DNA of 64,000 nucleotides from Candidatus Omnitrophota bacterium (GTDB lineage Bacteria; Omnitrophota; Gorgyraeia; B26-G9): NCBI GenBank assembly GCA_043806135.1, contig JAZDHG010000016.1, positions 42,110 to 106,109 of the forward strand, read 5' to 3'. Shown piece by piece: positions 59,696 to 64,000 of this stretch (position 1 is its first letter; each line of letters starts with the position of its first letter). The notes under the pieces were generated by a model. It saw only the letters and a program-made list of their open reading frames with translations, ran no database searches and was not told where the DNA came from. The position numbers and the translations under genes were made by a program.

Positions 59696-61393
59696 GTGAA
59701 CAAAAACACAGTCAATAAGCTTTTAGATATCAGTATTGTAATTACCGCTGCTGTCTCATTTATCATTTTGCTTGTGCAGTGGGAAATAATGCCTGTTATT
59801 AAAACGCTTACTACTTCTCTGCTGGATATAATCGATATTATTGTTTTAGCTGTATTCTTTATATGTGTTTTGGTACGTTTTATAGCTAACCCGAATAAAA
59901 AAGAATATTTCAAGGAATATTGGATAGACCTGATCATCATTCTGCCTTTGATCCAGATATTTCAAGGTGTGCACAATACGGGTCTTGCGATTGTTTTAAG
60001 AGAAGCAATAAGATTGCTCAGGTTTTTATCCCGGATAAAAGTGCCAGAGCGGTTGATCAGTTTGCTAGGTATAAAACCGGCACAGCTTTTGATCGTAACA
60101 TTTTTGATGACGATCTTAATCGGGACGTTTTTGCTTACTCTTCCTGTTTCAACACAAAGCAGCCAGGGAATGAATTTCGTCGATGCCTTGTTTACGGCGA
60201 CATCGGCAACCTGTGTGACCGGCCTGATTGTGCAGGATACAGGCAGCTTTTTTTCAATTTTCGGACAGCTTGTGATCTTGCTGCTTATCCAGGTCGGGGC
60301 ATTGGGAATAATGACTTTTTCCGTAACCTTATTCCTGGCTGCGGGCAAACAGATGTCTAATAGAGAAGCTATTGCCATGCAGGATGTTCTTAATCAGGAC
60401 AGTATTGCGGGAATTATGAATCTGATTGCTTTTATAGCAAAAATGACCATATGCATAGAGGCTTTGGGAGCGGTTTTTCTTTTTGCCGGGTTTATACCTT
60501 ATATCAGTGACCCCTGGCAAAGGGCATATATATCTTTGTTCCATTCTGTTTCTGCTTTTTGTAATGCAGGATTTTCATTATTCCCAGACAGTATTATGAA
60601 GTATACAAATGACGGGGTTATCAACCTGTCTATTGCTTTTTTGATTATTCTCGGCGGGTTGGGGTTTATCGTCGTAAAAGATCTCTGGGATATGTTTGTT
60701 TTAGGTTTGCGACCTAAGAGTTTAGGTTTAAGACTGCATACTAAGATCGTTTTATCCATGACCGCTATTTTACTTGTTGCCGGTACAATTGTTATATTTT
60801 TTGCGGAAAATAAGGTTAATTTTACGGGTATGGCTTTCAAACACAAAATTTTAATAAGCTTTTTTCAATCTGTTTCAGCCAGGACAGCGGGGTTTAACAG
60901 TGTGGATATTGGCGGCATGACCAATGGGAGTATATTCAGCATTATTGTACTGATGTTTATCGGGGCCTCGGCCGGTTCTACAGGAGGAGGTATTAAGACT
61001 ACAACTTTTTGGGTATTGCTAAAGTCATTTAGCAGCAGCCTGCAGAACAAGGAAGATATAAACACATTTAAGAAAAAAATCCCTGAACAGATCGTTGGCA
61101 AGGCAATAGCCATATTTATATTATCCTTGGGTTTTGTTAGCTTGTTTATGTATCTTTTGTCTGTTTTTGAACCGCTGCCTTTCAAGGCTTTGCTCTTTGA
61201 GGTTGTATCTGCATTCGGTACTGTAGGGCTTTCTACAGGGATTACGGCACAATTGCATAATGCCGGTAAATTACTGATAACCTGCTTAATGTTTTTGGGA
61301 AGGCTGGGGCCTTTAACAGTCGTTCTGGCTTTTTCAGGGTATAAAAGAAAAATAAATTATACCTATGCACAAGAAAAAATTATGGTCGGATAA
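59696..61393 (+). CDS. TrkH/KtrB potassium uptake protein with N-terminal ion-transport-like domain
   Basis: ATCVTGL, AFCNAGF, ARTAGF and AFGTVGLS pore loops. Confidence 0.92.
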   Translation: MNKNTVNKLLDISIVITAAVSFIILLVQWEIMPVIKTLTTSLLDIIDIIVLAVFFICVLVRFIANPNKKEYFKEYWIDLIIILPLIQIFQGVHNTGLAIVLREAIRLLRFLSRIKVPERLISLLGIKPAQLLIVTFLMTILIGTFLLTLPVSTQSSQGMNFVDALFTATSATCVTGLIVQDTGSFFSIFGQLVILLLIQVGALGIMTFSVTLFLAAGKQMSNREAIAMQDVLNQDSIAGIMNLIAFIAKMTICIEALGAVFLFAGFIPYISDPWQRAYISLFHSVSAFCNAGFSLFPDSIMKYTNDGVINLSIAFLIILGGLGFIVVKDLWDMFVLGLRPKSLGLRLHTKIVLSMTAILLVAGTIVIFFAENKVNFTGMAFKHKILISFFQSVSARTAGFNSVDIGGMTNGSIFSIIVLMFIGASAGSTGGGIKTTTFWVLLKSFSSSLQNKEDINTFKKKIPEQIVGKAIAIFILSLGFVSLFMYLLSVFEPLPFKALLFEVVSAFGTVGLSTGITAQLHNAGKLLITCLMFLGRLGPLTVVLAFSGYKRKINYTYAQEKIMVG

Positions 61394-61485
61394 ATAATAG
61401 CGGTTAGCGAATAGCGATTAGAGAAAACAAGAATGTAAAAATCATAACAAAGCAATTGAACAGTATCCTTAGAAAGGGGTTTAAT

Positions 61486-62538
61486 ATGTACTATCCTGTT
61501 TCGAGATTAAGAAGATTACGTAAAAGTCATCTTTTGCGGGAAATGGTTAAGGAGACGAATTTAAGCGCAGTATCCTTTATCTATCCTGTTTTTGTAGTTG
61601 AGGGAAAAAACATAAAAGAACCCGTAAAATCAATGCCCGGAGTTTTTAGGTTGTCTGTGGACAATTTACTGAAAGAAGCCAAAGAAGTGGAGAGCCTGAA
61701 TATCCCGGCTATTATGCTTTTCGGTATACCTGAGAAAAAGGATGAGAGGGCTACGGCTGCCTATGCTAAAGGCGGTATTGTGCAAACAGCAATAAGGGCG
61801 CTCAAAGAAAAACATTATAATTTGCTGATAGCAACTGATGTATGTCTTTGCGCCTATACAGCTTCCGGGCATTGCGGGATAGTGAAAAATAAAATCTCTC
61901 CGACTCAGGAAAACCCGGAAGAAGAAAATGCTTTAGATACCTCTTCTGCAGGGGAAGTTGTTGTCTATAATGACGCGACATGTGAATTGCTTGGTAAAAT
62001 GGCCTTGTCGCATGCAGAAGCAGGAGCAGATTTAGTCGCGCCAAGCTCCATGATGGATGGACAGGTTGCGGCTATCCGCAAAGTTTTGGATGCAAATAAT
62101 TTTAAACATGTTCCGATTATGGCCTATAGTGCGAAATTTGCCTCAAATTTTTATAGTCCTTTTCGTGATATTGCTGATTCCAGTCTTGGTACAGGAGACA
62201 GAAAAACATATCAGATTAATCCTGGCAATACTAACGAGGCATTGAGAGAAATAGAGTTTGATATTCAGGAAGGGGCAGACATGGTCATGGTAAAGCCGGC
62301 GCTTGCATATTTGGATATAATTGCCAAAGCAAAGCAGAAATACCAGGTACCGATAGTCGCTTATAATGTAAGCGGTGAATTTTCAATGGTTAAGGCAGCA
62401 GCGTCACTGGAGTATATAGATGAAAAGTCAGTTACTCTTGAAATATTAACAAGCATAAAAAGATCCGGAGCTGATTTGATCATTACTTATCATGCCAAAG
62501 ACGCCGCACGCTGGCTTAGCGGCCAATACCTGCTTTAA
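61486..62538 (+). CDS. hemB: Porphobilinogen synthase
   Basis: DVCLCAYT..GHCG, APSSMMDG, MVKPA and AYNVSGE motifs. Confidence 0.96.
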   Translation: MYYPVSRLRRLRKSHLLREMVKETNLSAVSFIYPVFVVEGKNIKEPVKSMPGVFRLSVDNLLKEAKEVESLNIPAIMLFGIPEKKDERATAAYAKGGIVQTAIRALKEKHYNLLIATDVCLCAYTASGHCGIVKNKISPTQENPEEENALDTSSAGEVVVYNDATCELLGKMALSHAEAGADLVAPSSMMDGQVAAIRKVLDANNFKHVPIMAYSAKFASNFYSPFRDIADSSLGTGDRKTYQINPGNTNEALREIEFDIQEGADMVMVKPALAYLDIIAKAKQKYQVPIVAYNVSGEFSMVKAAASLEYIDEKSVTLEILTSIKRSGADLIITYHAKDAARWLSGQYLL

Positions 62539-62574
62539 GTTAAAAGTAAAAAGTAGAAAGTAAAAAATTATAAA

Positions 62575-63603
62575 ATGCTGATTTCCTGGAATATTACCAA
62601 AGCATGCAATTTAAAATGCGAACATTGCTATCGTGATGCAGGATTTGCGGCGCCTGATGAGCTTAACCTGCTTGAAGGTAAAAAGCTCTTAAGAGAGCTT
62701 AAAGACCTTAATTTCCGCTTGATCATTTTTTCCGGAGGAGAACCGGTACTCAGGGTTGAGCTTTTTCAGTGGATCCCTTTTGCGCGGGGATTAGGATTAA
62801 TAAGTGTTTTAGGTACAAACGGTACTCTTATTGATGAAAAATGCGCCGTGCGTCTTAAGCAGGCAGGACTAAAACGCCTGGGGATAAGTATTGATTCTAT
62901 TGATGAAAAAAAGCACGATAAATTCCGTCGCCTTGAAGGAGCTTGGAAACAGGCGGTACGGGGAATGGAAAATGCCAAGAAAGCCGGCCTTGAGTTTCAG
63001 GTGCATACCACGGTTACCAAAAAAAATATTAACGAGATCCTGGCTATTACAGATTTTGCGCAAAAAACAAATGCGCAGGCGCATCATATATTCTTTCTTG
63101 TACCTACTGGCAGAGGCAAGGAGATCGATGATGTTATCCCCAGTGCGCAAGAGTATGAGAGATTGATCGAGGCAATACTCCAGAAGCAAAAAACCGTTAC
63201 TCTGGAACTGAAGCCTGTGTGTGCCCCGCAGTTCGTGCGTATTGCCAAAGAAAAAAACATTAAGACGCGTTTTGATAAAGGCTGTCTTGCCGGAATAAGC
63301 TATGCCTGCGTTCTTCCTAACGGTGAAGTGCACCCGTGTCCTTATATGCCGATAATCCTGGGAAATGTCCGGGATGACGGCGGATTTAAAAAGATCTGGC
63401 AGGAAAATAAGGTATTGAAGAATTTACGAAGCATGAAATTTCATAATAAATGCGGAATATGCGAGTTTAAAACTTTGTGCTCGGGATGCCGTGCTGCTGC
63501 GTTCCATCAATCCGGCGGAGATTATATGGCAGAAGACCCCAATTGCAATTATGAACCGAAAACAAAAATTAATTCTAAAAATTCTCAAAACATTACAGTC
63601 TGA
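62575..63603 (+). CDS. ahbD: Radical SAM/SPASM haem synthase (AhbD/NirJ2-like)
   Basis: CNLKCEHC, FFLVPTGRG and SPASM cysteines; lies between hemB and ahbA. Confidence 0.75.
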   Translation: MLISWNITKACNLKCEHCYRDAGFAAPDELNLLEGKKLLRELKDLNFRLIIFSGGEPVLRVELFQWIPFARGLGLISVLGTNGTLIDEKCAVRLKQAGLKRLGISIDSIDEKKHDKFRRLEGAWKQAVRGMENAKKAGLEFQVHTTVTKKNINEILAITDFAQKTNAQAHHIFFLVPTGRGKEIDDVIPSAQEYERLIEAILQKQKTVTLELKPVCAPQFVRIAKEKNIKTRFDKGCLAGISYACVLPNGEVHPCPYMPIILGNVRDDGGFKKIWQENKVLKNLRSMKFHNKCGICEFKTLCSGCRAAAFHQSGGDYMAEDPNCNYEPKTKINSKNSQNITV

Positions 63604-64000
63604 TTTTCCTCTGACGATTAACCCTTATCAGGTGCTGGCCGGTAAGCTAGGCATGGATGAGGATGCGCTTATTGCCGAGATCAAGCAGTTAAAAAAAAAG
63701 GGTTATGTGCGCAGGATAGGCGCGGTCGTATCATTAGCGCATCTTGGCTATAAAAGCACTCTTATTGCTGCAAGGCTGGAAAAGGCATTTATGACTCAGA
63801 ACATTGCTTTTATAAATGCTTCTGAGTTTATAACGCATAACTACCTGAGAGATGTAAAATACAATGTCTGGTTTACGTTTAGTGCAAAAACCAAAAAAGA
63901 GATCGAAAATTTTATCCGCATCTTTAAAAAACGCAGGGGGGTCGTCGATGTATTGAGTCTGCCGGCAAAAAAAACATTTAAAATTAATGCTGAGTTCATG
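63551..64000 (+). CDS. ahbA: Siroheme decarboxylase subunit (AhbA/NirD-like), 3'-partial
   Basis: Hand-translated LQSDFPL...PY...GYVRRIGA...LGYKSTL...THNYLRD..YNVWFT. Confidence 0.8.
   Translation, partial: MNRKQKLILKILKTLQSDFPLTINPYQVLAGKLGMDEDALIAEIKQLKKKGYVRRIGAVVSLAHLGYKSTLIAARLEKAFMTQNIAFINASEFITHNYLRDVKYNVWFTFSAKTKKEIENFIRIFKKRRGVVDVLSLPAKKTFKINAEFM

Overview
Moderately AT-rich bacterial chromosome segment, almost all genes on the + strand. The organism is a diderm anaerobe (WaaA, porins, TonB receptor, periplasmic NiFe hydrogenase, Ahb haem pathway). Gene style suggests PVC superphylum, probably Ca. Omnitrophota (inference). Contents in order: three tandem exported paralogs with a G2/IMC-like C-terminal domain; ilvD-ilvB-ilvN-pilT-ilvC-leuA-aroE-pilD-aroC; accessory genes and era; a Tat-exported NiFe hydrogenase with maturation protease and a decaying cytochrome c; a porin; a CheC/CheD-type chemotaxis operon with a haem-c MCP that ends in an FtsA-like gene; topA-xerC-waaA-TonB receptor-yraN-rlmN; an integrase-less integron-like array on the minus strand (5 attC sites, an attI-like site, a Pc-like promoter, four toxin-antitoxin pairs) interrupted by a duplicated rlmN 3' end; recJ; yggT, trkH, hemB, ahbD, ahbA. 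The most unusual feature is three adjacent, otherwise unrelated proteins (53.8-59.1 kb). They share a signal peptide followed by an LSPA(L/V)x(L/I)xxxxFQ motif and a C-terminal (S/E)(Q/K)(A/S)I-stop motif. Two of them carry normally cytoplasmic enzyme domains (MidA-type methyltransferase, (p)ppGpp hydrolase), making this a candidate two-tag effector export family. Intergenic regions hold several MITE families and short-period inverted-repeat hairpins.
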